The position numbers and the translations under genes were made by a program. From Candidatus Beckwithbacteria bacterium GW2011_GWC1_49_16 (GTDB taxonomy: Bacteria; Patescibacteriota; Microgenomatia; UBA1400; CG1-02-47-37), in the NCBI GenBank assembly GCA_001029675.1, contig CP011210.1, forward strand, positions 948,891 through 1,012,890: a stretch of 64,000 nucleotides of DNA, written 5' to 3'. The stretch's first letter is position 1, and every line of letters begins with the position of its first letter. Below, one piece after another: positions 55,671-64,000 of this stretch. The notes below the pieces were generated by a model that saw nothing but the letters and a program-made list of their open reading frames with translations, ran no database searches and had not been told where the DNA came from.

Positions 55671-58600
55671 TTACTTCTCAATAAAGTCGACGGTGAAGAC
55701 ACGGTCGTAGGAAAGATCGGACTCGAAGGTGGTTACTTGGGCAGAAGTGAGGGCCCGGGGAGAAGTGGAGGTGGCTAGTAAGAAAGATGGATGGTTGACG
55801 ATGACCTTGACCGGATCGGCGATGATGCCCGGCTGCTTGGGAATGACGACCGCCAGTTTGCCCTCGCGCGACCCCTCTTGGGGAGCGGTAGCCAGCTTAC
55901 CCGGCAAGCGGTAGGTCATCTCCACCGCCAAGGTGTGCTTGACCGGAACGGTAACGGGGAAGCCTAAAACGAGTTTGTCACCCACCTGGGAGGCATCGAT
56001 GTCGGCCTCGGGGTCAAGCTTGGTCTCGCCTACTTTGACCGAGATGACTCGCGAACCGGCGGGAATGTAAGCTCTTAAATAGCTTCGGTAATTTCCTCCG
56101 GGCCAGGCGTCCGCCGGGCTTTGGTTTTGGTAGGTAATGGTAGCAGTAGATAGAATTTCCTTAGTCTTTAGAATGGTCAGCTGGTATTCCAGCTCTCGGT
56201 TTAAGAAGTAGTTGGCTTTATTGATGCCCAAGTTGGCCTCGACGGGATAAAAGTAGTCGACGATCGGGGCGGGGTTGGCGGCGATTAAGGGGGCATAGAG
56301 AGCGCCGGCCCAGTTTTGTTCTAAAAGAATTTTTTGGCTGCCCTCGTCGTGGAGATTGAGAAGAATTTGTTTTTGGGTCATGGCGGTTTCGAGGGCTTGG
56401 GTAAACTGGAGTAGTTCGCCGGCAGAGGCGTTTTGGGCTCGGTCGAAAAGTTCACGGGCAAGAGACCCCAAAAAGTCTTTCTTTTGAGTTGAGCCGGGGA
56501 AAAAGTCGATTTCAGTGCGGTATTCGGCACGCTCAAACAAGTTGGTGGCGGTGATTTCCTCGTTGAAGTCGGGCAGTTTAACCGGGCCGGTGACTTTAAG
56601 AAATTCTCTGGCGGCCGGGAGGTTGACGGCGATCACCCCATCGACGTTTCTGCCGGTGGATTTGTTGAGAAACCACTCGGCGCGGGGGCCGGAGACGGTA
56701 AAATCGGGGTCCCAGTTCGAGTCCCTAAAAAACCACGAGTTCTGGCCTAAAAACTCCTTGAGGGGTTCGGGGGGTTCGACAAAACCAGACAGCTGGCCGT
56801 CGGCGGCGTAGATGTCTTCGACAGTGAAGTCTAAAAGCTTCCCTTTTTCAAAGGTGAGTAAACCATAGGAACCGATGAATCCCCCTGTAGGACGGATCTC
56901 GGCGTTGTTTTGAAACAAAATTAGGTAGGTTTTTTTGGAGTTTTGAGCGATTAGATCGGGAACCAACGGCAGCATCACCCGAGCCTGGTTGACTTTTTGG
57001 CGAATGGCGGGAAAGTCGGTGGTCAACTGGTGGAGTTTTTGGCTTAAAGGAGTAGACAGGTTCAGACTCAACTGCCTGCCGCTTTGGAGTTCGGACTCAA
57101 CAAAAGAGAGTTCGGAGTAGGCTTGGTCGAGGTTAACCTTGATACGATTTAGGGCTAAATCGAGGTTGCCGTCTTGGTGCTTGAGGACGATTGAGGCTAA
57201 CAAGGTACCGTCTTGGGCGGCGGCGGCTAGGTGGAGAGTCCCCTGGCTTAGTTTGCCGCCGATGAACAGGAGTTGATCAAGGTTGGTAGCCAACTCCCCT
57301 GCCCCAACTGCGCTTAAGACCGCGTGGCGGCTTCGCAGTAACCGGCGGGAAGATTGAAAGTGTCTGTCGGCCGAGGTGGTGAGTTTTTCCAGTCGGTCCA
57401 GGTGGGTAAGGTCGGTCGATGAGGCAGCCTGGTTTAAGTAACTGACACCCAAAAGGGTATGGCCTATCATTAAAACCAGGGGTCCGAGGACAAGAACCAG
57501 GGCGAGAGCGAGGGTGAGGACGGCGGTTTTGGTCCGACGAGAAAGTTTGCTGAAGCCGGGAAATTGGGGAAGCTTGGGAAGTTTGGAAAGTTTGGGATGT
57601 TTGGGAAGTTTGAATTTAGGCAAGGCCGGAAACTTAGGTATAGTAATATTTTTTTTGGGAGCATCGGGGAAGGCTGGCTTAATCCCCAACTCTTCCAAAG
57701 AAAGCTGGTCTTCCCGGCGGGGTGTTTCTGGGGGGGGTGGTTGTTTAATTTCTTCAGGTAGTTTGGCCTGGCCGCTTTGGAGCCATTCTAAGGTGCGGGT
57801 AATCCCCTCTTCAAGGTCTACCTTGGATGTCCAACCTAGGTTTTGTTGAGAATTTAAGGTTTCCTTAGGAAGGCTCATTGGGCCGAGAGTGTCTTCGCCT
57901 TTGACGAAGTCAATTTTCAAACCCTTGTCGGCTAAAACCTCTTTGATTTTGTAGGCCACGTTTAGAAGAGTAATTTTCTCCGGATTTAGCAGGGTGTAGA
58001 TCTCGCCGGTGGAGCTTTGGGTGAACATGGCCTTGGTGAGGCCGTAGACGATATCGGATACAAAAGTGGGGTAAAGAGGGGTGAGGCCGTTGCCGGGGAT
58101 TTCCAGGGTATCTCCCTTTTTGGCGGCAAGAAAGAGTTTGGCCAGACCGGTGCCGGTGGCAAGATCCATGCGGGGGCCGTAGACGTGGGCGAGGCGGACG
58201 ACGCGGGCGTCAAGCTGGTGGCGGTTGACGTATTCAAAAGTTAGAGCCTCGCTGAAACGCTTGGCTTCGTGGTGAGAATAGAGTTCTTGGGCGACGTGGT
58301 CGGAGCCAAAATAATGAGTCAAGTCGCTAGTGGCGAGGCGAGCGGAAAAAATATCGGTGGTGGAGGCGAGAAGAAACTTAGCTTGGTGTTTTTTGGCTAT
58401 TTCTAAAAGCTCGCGGCTGCCCAGGGAGTTGACCAAAAGCGTGTCCAGGCTGACGTCGAGGCCATTGACATAGGCTTCGATGCCGGCCAAGTGAAAGACG
58501 TAGTCGACCTGGGGCAGATTGGTTTTTAAAGGTTTGTTTAGGTCGTGCTCAAAAAAAACAAAGTTCTTTTGGTCAAGCAAGTGGTTGAGGTTTTGTTTTT

Positions 58601-58757
58601 TGCCGCTTAAAAAATTGTCGATGCCATAGACCAAACAGTTTTGCAAAATTAAAGCGTCGCAGAGATGGGAGCCAATAAAGCCGGCGGCGCCGGCGACCAG
58701 GGCGGTGGGGAGGTGAGAAGACGACTTAACTTGTTGGACAGATTTTTTGGCAGGCAT
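55671..58757 (-). CDS. Fusion: NAD-dependent epimerase/decarboxylase-like domain, TM, DUF4012 extracellular domain
   Basis: GAAGFIGSHL, HLAG, AKRFSE, VYGP; then FQNNAEIRPTGGFIGS, RDSNWDPDF, DGVIA, NKAN. Confidence 0.82.
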   Translation of the reverse strand: MPAKKSVQQVKSSSHLPTALVAGAAGFIGSHLCDALILQNCLVYGIDNFLSGKKQNLNHLLDQKNFVFFEHDLNKPLKTNLPQVDYVFHLAGIEAYVNGLDVSLDTLLVNSLGSRELLEIAKKHQAKFLLASTTDIFSARLATSDLTHYFGSDHVAQELYSHHEAKRFSEALTFEYVNRHQLDARVVRLAHVYGPRMDLATGTGLAKLFLAAKKGDTLEIPGNGLTPLYPTFVSDIVYGLTKAMFTQSSTGEIYTLLNPEKITLLNVAYKIKEVLADKGLKIDFVKGEDTLGPMSLPKETLNSQQNLGWTSKVDLEEGITRTLEWLQSGQAKLPEEIKQPPPPETPRREDQLSLEELGIKPAFPDAPKKNITIPKFPALPKFKLPKHPKLSKLPKLPQFPGFSKLSRRTKTAVLTLALALVLVLGPLVLMIGHTLLGVSYLNQAASSTDLTHLDRLEKLTTSADRHFQSSRRLLRSRHAVLSAVGAGELATNLDQLLFIGGKLSQGTLHLAAAAQDGTLLASIVLKHQDGNLDLALNRIKVNLDQAYSELSFVESELQSGRQLSLNLSTPLSQKLHQLTTDFPAIRQKVNQARVMLPLVPDLIAQNSKKTYLILFQNNAEIRPTGGFIGSYGLLTFEKGKLLDFTVEDIYAADGQLSGFVEPPEPLKEFLGQNSWFFRDSNWDPDFTVSGPRAEWFLNKSTGRNVDGVIAVNLPAAREFLKVTGPVKLPDFNEEITATNLFERAEYRTEIDFFPGSTQKKDFLGSLARELFDRAQNASAGELLQFTQALETAMTQKQILLNLHDEGSQKILLEQNWAGALYAPLIAANPAPIVDYFYPVEANLGINKANYFLNRELEYQLTILKTKEILSTATITYQNQSPADAWPGGNYRSYLRAYIPAGSRVISVKVGETKLDPEADIDASQVGDKLVLGFPVTVPVKHTLAVEMTYRLPGKLATAPQEGSREGKLAVVIPKQPGIIADPVKVIVNHPSFLLATSTSPRALTSAQVTTFESDLSYDRVFTVDFIEK
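57558..57640 (-). repeat. Degenerate 9-nt tandem repeat encoding (P/S)K(L/F/H) units
   Basis: PKFPALPKFKLPKHPKLSKLPKLPQFP just before the TM. Confidence 0.7.
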
Positions 58758-58862
58758 AGCTTGAACCAATTCATGTTACTTGATAAACGGCCTGGCGGCA
58801 ACTCTGTACTGCGGTAAATCCGAAGCTTTGTCTTCGGTCACTTTACTCTGGAAATTCGGGGT

Positions 58863-59288
58863 TTAAACTTCGTCCAAGGCCTGGTTGACCAGTAAATCGG
58901 CTTCGAAGTTTTTGGCGCGGGGAATGGCGGTATAAGAAACAGCAAGGCCGAGTTTACCTTCAAGCTCCCTGACTTCAATGACTTTTTGGCGCAAGGAAGC
59001 GTCTTTAACTTTCCAGTTGCCGTTTAATTGGTTGACGACTAGGGTGGAATCCAAAAAAAATTTACAATTTTTGAATTTAGATTTTCGAATTGTTTCCCGG
59101 TGACTGGTCAACCACTCCAGGGCGACGATGACGGCTTGGTACTCGGCTTGGTTGTTGGTGGTTTTGCCGATATATTTGCCAAACCGGTGGAGGGTTTTTT
59201 GGTTTTGATCTTTGATGACGACGCCGGTGGCGGCTGGGCCGGGGTTGCCGCGGGCACCGCCGTCAACAAAGATATTAAGATTGTTCAT
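58863..59288 (-). CDS. rnhA: Ribonuclease HI (archaeal/actinobacterial type)
   Basis: DGGARGNPGPA, TNNQAEY, DS.LVV.Q, N..AD. Confidence 0.92.
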   Translation of the reverse strand: MNNLNIFVDGGARGNPGPAATGVVIKDQNQKTLHRFGKYIGKTTNNQAEYQAVIVALEWLTSHRETIRKSKFKNCKFFLDSTLVVNQLNGNWKVKDASLRQKVIEVRELEGKLGLAVSYTAIPRAKNFEADLLVNQALDEV

Positions 59289-59739
59289 CGGCCAAGCGAA
59301 CTATCAGGTGGCGGTTTTTACCCTCGCCTTGGGACTCGGTGGTGACTTCGGGGGTAGCACTTAAAAACTGGTGGATGAGGCGGCGCTCGTAGGGGTTTAA
59401 GTTAAAAAGAGCAATGGGCTCGCCGGAGTAGATGACTTTCTCGGCGGTGGCCTGGGCCATTTGCTCTAAGTCTTGGGACCTTTTTTGGCGGTAGTCGCCG
59501 ACGTTAACGACCACTTTGACCCACTGGCCTTGATCTTTATAAAGGAGCAGGCCCAAAATCAGCTGGAGGGCGGAAATAGTTTCGCCGTGGTAGCCGATGA
59601 GCACCCCCGCGTCCTCATCGGAGGCAACGATGTCGACTTGATAGCCATCGTCCGGGTTCTTTTTAACACTGATTTTTTCCGGCTTGATGTCCAGGTGGTC
59701 AAGAAGGTCGCCAAGGAGAGATTTAATTTTTTTGTCCAT
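59275..59739 (-). CDS. jag: Jag/KhpB RNA-binding protein (KH plus R3H only)
   Basis: LIGYHGET..ALQ, ERR.IH, SQGEG..R. Confidence 0.88.
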   Translation of the reverse strand: MDKKIKSLLGDLLDHLDIKPEKISVKKNPDDGYQVDIVASDEDAGVLIGYHGETISALQLILGLLLYKDQGQWVKVVVNVGDYRQKRSQDLEQMAQATAEKVIYSGEPIALFNLNPYERRLIHQFLSATPEVTTESQGEGKNRHLIVRLADEQS

Positions 59740-60511
59740 TTTTTAGTCTCATCTGCTGGATAAGCATAAAGATAGAAAAGGTTAGCCAGTATAGTACCAG
59801 GCCCGAAGGAAAACGCAAGCCGACAAACAGGGTCATGATGGGAAAGAGATAAAGCATCTGTTCCTGCATGGCGGCGGCGATGTCGTCGGATTTGGCTTCG
59901 GTCTTTTTGGCTTTGGCCTGGGTGCCCTTGGTGGCGGTGAGCATTAAACGAGAGGAAAAGAATTGGATGATGGCGGCGGCGATCAAAAAGGGGCCGGGGA
60001 GGCTAGAAAACTTTATCGGCCCGAGGTTAACTTGGGGGACAGGAATTAAGTCGGGGCGGGTGAGGTCAAGGTAGAAAAATTTAGAGTTGATGGTGGCGTC
60101 GGCGGCCAGTTTTAGGGGTTGATAAAGCAGTTGGTTTAAGCTGTCGACGACGTTGCCGCCATTTTGGAGGACTTGGTTAAAAGCTTGAAAAAGGGCGATA
60201 AGGATGACGATTTGGACGATTTGGGGTAAGCAGCCGGCGGCGGGGTTGACGCCTTCTTTTTGGTAGAACTTTAGTTGGGCCTGGGCGAAGGCTTGGCGGT
60301 CTTGGCCGTATTTTTCTTTGAGTTTGGCCAGTTCCGGCTGAAGCTCTTTTAACTTTTGGGCGGATTTAATCGACGGAGCGGTTAAGGGGTTTAAAGCGCC
60401 TCTAATGACGGCGGTCAGGCCGATGATCGCCAGGCCTAAATTTTGGCCTAAAACCTGGTAGAAGAAAATCAGGGCATTGACCAGCGGCTGGAAAAAAATA
60501 AGTTTCCACAT
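59723..60511 (-). CDS. yidC: Membrane protein insertase YidC
   Basis: G.AII.LT..IR, LQPE, NP.AGCLP..Q, PSGL.LYW. Confidence 0.93.
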   Translation of the reverse strand: MWKLIFFQPLVNALIFFYQVLGQNLGLAIIGLTAVIRGALNPLTAPSIKSAQKLKELQPELAKLKEKYGQDRQAFAQAQLKFYQKEGVNPAAGCLPQIVQIVILIALFQAFNQVLQNGGNVVDSLNQLLYQPLKLAADATINSKFFYLDLTRPDLIPVPQVNLGPIKFSSLPGPFLIAAAIIQFFSSRLMLTATKGTQAKAKKTEAKSDDIAAAMQEQMLYLFPIMTLFVGLRFPSGLVLYWLTFSIFMLIQQMRLKNGQKN

Positions 60512-60515
60512 AGTG

Positions 60516-60728
60516 TTATTTTAATGGGTCGGAGCCTCCGGCTGACCAGGGGTGACAGCGAACTATTCGCCTCAGCCCGAACCACGAACCTTTTAATATA
60601 CCATACTTTTTGATGGCCTCATAAGAGTATTGGCTGCAGCTGGGAGTAAACCTACAGCCGCCTTCGACCAGATGAAACCAGCGGTTTTTTTGGTATGTCT
60701 TAATCAGCTTTAAAATGAGGCGCTTCAT
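60516..60728 (-). CDS. yidD: Membrane protein insertion efficiency factor YidD
   Basis: [19 protein letters not shown]. Confidence 0.95.
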   Translation of the reverse strand: MKRLILKLIKTYQKNRWFHLVEGGCRFTPSCSQYSYEAIKKYGILKGSWFGLRRIVRCHPWSAGGSDPLK

Positions 60729-60984
60729 AAACTAAAAACAAATAATCTTTTCCGGGCTCATAAGCTCCTATTTGCTTTTCAATTGCTATCATGGTTTGTC
60801 GTTTCATGTTGTTGCGCTGGACGGCGCCGCGAGCTGCCTTTTTGGTGATGACTACGCCGAAACGGGGGCGGTCCAAGTGGTTTGCCGCGGCCTTGACGGT
60901 TAGCCCGGGCTCGCGTTTAACCACCGGCGCTGACAGCAGTTGTCTAACGCGGTAGCCGGGGAGGCGGTGAACTCGGGGAAGCAT
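60700..60984 (-). CDS. rnpA: Ribonuclease P protein component
   Basis: MLP...RL, RFGVVI.KK...AVQRN..KR; conserved position. Confidence 0.85.
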   Translation of the reverse strand: MLPRVHRLPGYRVRQLLSAPVVKREPGLTVKAAANHLDRPRFGVVITKKAARGAVQRNNMKRQTMIAIEKQIGAYEPGKDYLFLVYEAPHFKAD

Positions 60985-61024
60985 AACAAAATTTCTAATT
61001 TCTAATTAACCTAAGTGCTATCGG

Positions 61025-61162
61025 TTATACCGCCAACCTCTGGCGTTTTTTGGCGCGGCGGCGCGCCAGCACCTTTCTGCCGGCGGCTGTGCTTTGTTTT
61101 TTTCTAAAGCCGTAGCGGCGGCTGCGGCGGCGCTTGGAGGGTTGATAAGTGCGTTTAGGCAT
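61025..61162 (-). CDS. rpmH: 50S ribosomal protein L34
   Basis: Below the ORF track cutoff. Manual translation [45 protein letters not shown]. Confidence 0.96.
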   Translation of the reverse strand: MPKRTYQPSKRRRSRRYGFRKKQSTAAGRKVLARRRAKKRQRLAV

Positions 61163-61248
61163 AATTTAGCCAAGTATATATTACTTTGCTTTTCCCAACA
61201 AGGTCCGACCTTGTTGTTAATTTTCGTGTATTGTTGGTGTTGACGGGG

Positions 61249-61257
61249 TGTGGATAA
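61249..61257 (-). promoter_or_regulatory. Perfect DnaA box upstream of dnaA
   Basis: TGTGGATAA, the reverse complement of TTATCCACA. Confidence 0.8.
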
Positions 61258-61292
61258 GTGGGTATGGTGGTAATACTCCTGCCTAATGTAAC

Positions 61293-62696
61293 ATGAATAA
61301 TGAGTCGTTGTGGTCGGCGGTGAGAAGCGAGCTTGAGTTAAACTTGTCGCCGGGAAACTTTGCTACTTGGATTGCGCCTCTGGCGCTTTTATCGCTTAAA
61401 GAAAGCGGTGGTAAGTCAATATTGACGATCGCCTGCCCGTCGGTGTTTCATAAAAACCAGATTAGCGAGCGGTATTTGGGCCAGATAGCGGCAGTGGCGG
61501 AAAAGGCATTAAAGAAAAAGTGTGAGATTAAACTAGCGGTGAAGCAGCGGGCGGTAAAGCAAAAAAAGGGCCGGCGGGGGAGCGGTGAGGGCGAAGATTT
61601 GTTTTCGGTAGACATAGCCAAAATGGAAAGGGAGGCTTATCTTGAGGCGGCGGCCAGGGTGGGCTTGTCTGCCGCGCTGACTTTCAAAAACTTTGCCGTC
61701 TCCGGCTCCAACGAGGTGGCTCACGCGGCGGCGAGAACTGCGGCCAAAAGCCCGGGGCAAGTGTATCGGCTCGTCTTTGTTTATGGCGGGGTGGGGGTGG
61801 GCAAAACCCACCTGATGCAAGCGGTGGGGCACGAGATTCTAGCCAAAAACCCTGACGCGGCGGTGGTGTATTGCACCGGCGAGGAATTTACCAACGAGAT
61901 CATTGAAGCGATCAGAAATAAAACCACGGCCAACTTTCGCCACAAGTACCGCCAGGCTAGGGTGCTACTTTTAGATGACGTCCAGTTTATCGGAGGAAAA
62001 GAAACGGTTCAGGAAGAGTTTTTCCACACTTTTAACGCGGTCCATAAAGAGGGGGGCCAGGTGGTTTTGACCAGCGATCGGCTGCCAAATGAAATCGCCG
62101 GGCTTGAGGATAGGCTTAGGTCGCGGTTTGAGGGGGGGCTGACGGTAGATATCCAACCGCCGGGGTTTGAGTTGAGGACGGCAATTTTACTGATTAAGGC
62201 CCAGCAGCTCAATATGGAACTGCCAATGAGGGTGGCCCAGGTGGTGGCGGCCAACGTAGAATCAACCCGAAAACTTGAGGGGGTGCTTCTAAGGCTTAGC
62301 GGAGAACAGGTGGCTAAAAAAGAGGCCCTGACCGAAGAGCTGGCGATGGCGCTACTTAATAAAATCAACGGCGAGACGGTAAGACTTAAAAGCCGGGTGA
62401 CGGCGACGCAGGTGGTGCGCCTGGTGGCGGAATACTACCAGCTAAAGACTACCGACATTCGGGGAGAACGACGGCTTAAAACGGTGGCCTTGCCGCGGCA
62501 GGTCGTGATGTACCTTTTGCGTAAGGAGCTGCGGCTGTCTTTGAAAGAAGTGGGTCGGGTTTTGGGCGGAAGGGACCATTCGACGGTGCTTCACGGACAA
62601 GAAAAAGTCTCCCGGCTTCTTTCCGAGTCGGAAGATTTGCGCCTCGATGTTATCAACATTAGAAAGCAAATTTATCAAAACAGGGGAAAGGTTTAA
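61293..62696 (+). CDS. dnaA: Chromosomal replication initiator DnaA
   Basis: GGVGVGKTHL, DDVQF, QEEFFHTFN, RL.SRF..G, GGRDHSTV. Confidence 0.98.
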   Translation: MNNESLWSAVRSELELNLSPGNFATWIAPLALLSLKESGGKSILTIACPSVFHKNQISERYLGQIAAVAEKALKKKCEIKLAVKQRAVKQKKGRRGSGEGEDLFSVDIAKMEREAYLEAAARVGLSAALTFKNFAVSGSNEVAHAAARTAAKSPGQVYRLVFVYGGVGVGKTHLMQAVGHEILAKNPDAAVVYCTGEEFTNEIIEAIRNKTTANFRHKYRQARVLLLDDVQFIGGKETVQEEFFHTFNAVHKEGGQVVLTSDRLPNEIAGLEDRLRSRFEGGLTVDIQPPGFELRTAILLIKAQQLNMELPMRVAQVVAANVESTRKLEGVLLRLSGEQVAKKEALTEELAMALLNKINGETVRLKSRVTATQVVRLVAEYYQLKTTDIRGERRLKTVALPRQVVMYLLRKELRLSLKEVGRVLGGRDHSTVLHGQEKVSRLLSESEDLRLDVINIRKQIYQNRGKV

Positions 62697-62875
62697 TGAG
62701 TTGTCCACTGTTTTTAGGTTATCAACAAGATATTCACAAAAACATCCACCGCCGGAGCGGGGGTTATCAACAGGAAAAAAAGGCAAAGATTTTAGGGGAA
62801 AAATCGATTATAATGAACATATCAAAGCCGCCTACTAAAACTACTACTAATACTAAATAATTGTAGGAGAAGAGA
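62697..62875. other. oriC unwinding region: DnaA-box cluster and DnaA-trios
   Basis: TTGTCCACT 62701, TTATCAACA 62719 and 62764, ATATTCACA 62730; GC-rich GCCGC followed by CTACTAAAACTACTACTAATACTA (62832-62855). Confidence 0.85.
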
Positions 62876-63997
62876 ATGAAACTATCCATACTTCAGGAGA
62901 ATTTGGCCCACGGGGTAACTGCAGTAAGCCGGGCGGTAGCCGCCAAAGCGCAATTGCCGGTTTTGGCTAACATTTTATTGGCCACAGAAGGAGGAAAACT
63001 TAAACTTTCGGCGACAAACCTAGAAACAGGAATTACCGTTTGGCTTAACGCCAAGGTGGAGAGAGCAGGCAAAGTGACGGTGCCGGGGAGGGTTTTTGGG
63101 GAGCTGGTGACCAGCTTGCCGCAGGAGGCGGTGGAACTAACAGTATCGGAAGAAAAGGTTCAGGTAAAAAGCGGCGCTTACCGCGCGACGGTTAATGGGA
63201 TTAGTGCCGAGGAGTTTCCGGAGGTGCCGACCCTAGCCGGCAAGAAAGCGGCGGGAGAGTTGGGGCTTGATGGGGCGGCTTTATCGGAGGCGGTCAGCCT
63301 GGTGGCGTTTGCGGCGGGGACAGATGAGGCCAGGCCGATATTTACCGGAGTAAAAATGGAGTTTAGCAAAAAAGGCCTGCGGCTGGCGGCGACCGACGGC
63401 TATCGCTTGAGCGTTAAAAGCTTGCCCGGGTCAAAAATTAAAGGAGCGGGCAAAGAGATGGTGGTGCCGGCCAGAGCCCTAACCGAGCTAACCAAGATGC
63501 TTAAAGATGAGGAGGGGGAGGAAGTGCGGCTGGCGGCGACCGACAAGGAAAAGCAGCTGATTATGAGTCTTGATGGGGTGGAGGTGGTGACCAGATTACT
63601 CGAGGGTGATTTTCCGGACTTTGACAAGATCGTTCCAGGCAGCAGCAAAACCAAGCTGGAGCTGGAAACGGAAGAATTACACCAGGCGGTCAGAGCCGCG
63701 GCGATTTTTGCCCGAGACAGCGCCAACATTGTCAAGTTTAAGATAGAAAAAGACAAGCTGACGGTGACGGCCAACGCGCCCCAGGTGGGCGAAAACGAAA
63801 TAGGCGTGGCGATTAAAAAAACGGGCGAGGACAGCGAGGTGGCGTTTAACAGCCGCTACTTACTGGAAATGTTGTCGGCGGTGACGGCGGAGAGGTTGGG
63901 GTTGGAGCTGTCAGGGCCGCTTTCACCAGGGATGTTTCGGGCGGCGGGGGACGACTCCTGGCTTCATATCATCATGCCGGTGAGGGTGCAGGGGTAG
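62876..63997 (+). CDS. dnaN: DNA polymerase III beta clamp
   Basis: LPVL.NI, ATNLE, RP..TG, ATDGYRL, G.FPD, IMPVR. Confidence 0.97.
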   Translation: MKLSILQENLAHGVTAVSRAVAAKAQLPVLANILLATEGGKLKLSATNLETGITVWLNAKVERAGKVTVPGRVFGELVTSLPQEAVELTVSEEKVQVKSGAYRATVNGISAEEFPEVPTLAGKKAAGELGLDGAALSEAVSLVAFAAGTDEARPIFTGVKMEFSKKGLRLAATDGYRLSVKSLPGSKIKGAGKEMVVPARALTELTKMLKDEEGEEVRLAATDKEKQLIMSLDGVEVVTRLLEGDFPDFDKIVPGSSKTKLELETEELHQAVRAAAIFARDSANIVKFKIEKDKLTVTANAPQVGENEIGVAIKKTGEDSEVAFNSRYLLEMLSAVTAERLGLELSGPLSPGMFRAAGDDSWLHIIMPVRVQG

Positions 63998-64000
63998 GGG

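Noticed and set aside
1-64000. Alternative genetic code (TGA=Gly, as in Gracilibacteria/Absconditabacteria)
   Set aside because: Conserved genes are full length under code 11, and several end at TGA at the expected position (rpsT, ruvB, valS).

Overview
Compact, gene-dense bacterial chromosome segment ending at the replication origin (yidC-yidD-rnpA-rpmH / dnaA-oriC-dnaN). Gene content and style (PilN/PilO, DUF4012, PEGA, VanW, FemAB pair, many GT-C glycosyltransferases, short ValRS/MetRS/Jag, tiny or negative intergenic gaps, TGA used as stop) point to a Patescibacteria/CPR genome, probably Microgenomates (inference). It carries about 58 CDS, one tRNA-Cys, a Doc-type toxin-antitoxin pair, an Erm-like methyltransferase and one intein. 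No CRISPR, prophage or transposase was seen. Most notable observations: (1) an apparently circularly permuted triosephosphate isomerase; (2) a UvrD-nuclease intein whose internal domain looks GIY-YIG rather than LAGLIDADG; (3) several families of short palindromic and heptamer elements sitting in frame inside genes; (4) pervasive TANNNT-6/7nt-ATG leaderless architecture, including divergent genes whose start codons overlap in one CATG; (5) an erm-like gene with an overlapping MLRRR leader ORF; (6) an adenylate-forming enzyme fused to a segment-swapped GNAT, plus several enzymes with degenerate active sites. All calls come from reading motifs by eye; no database searches were run.
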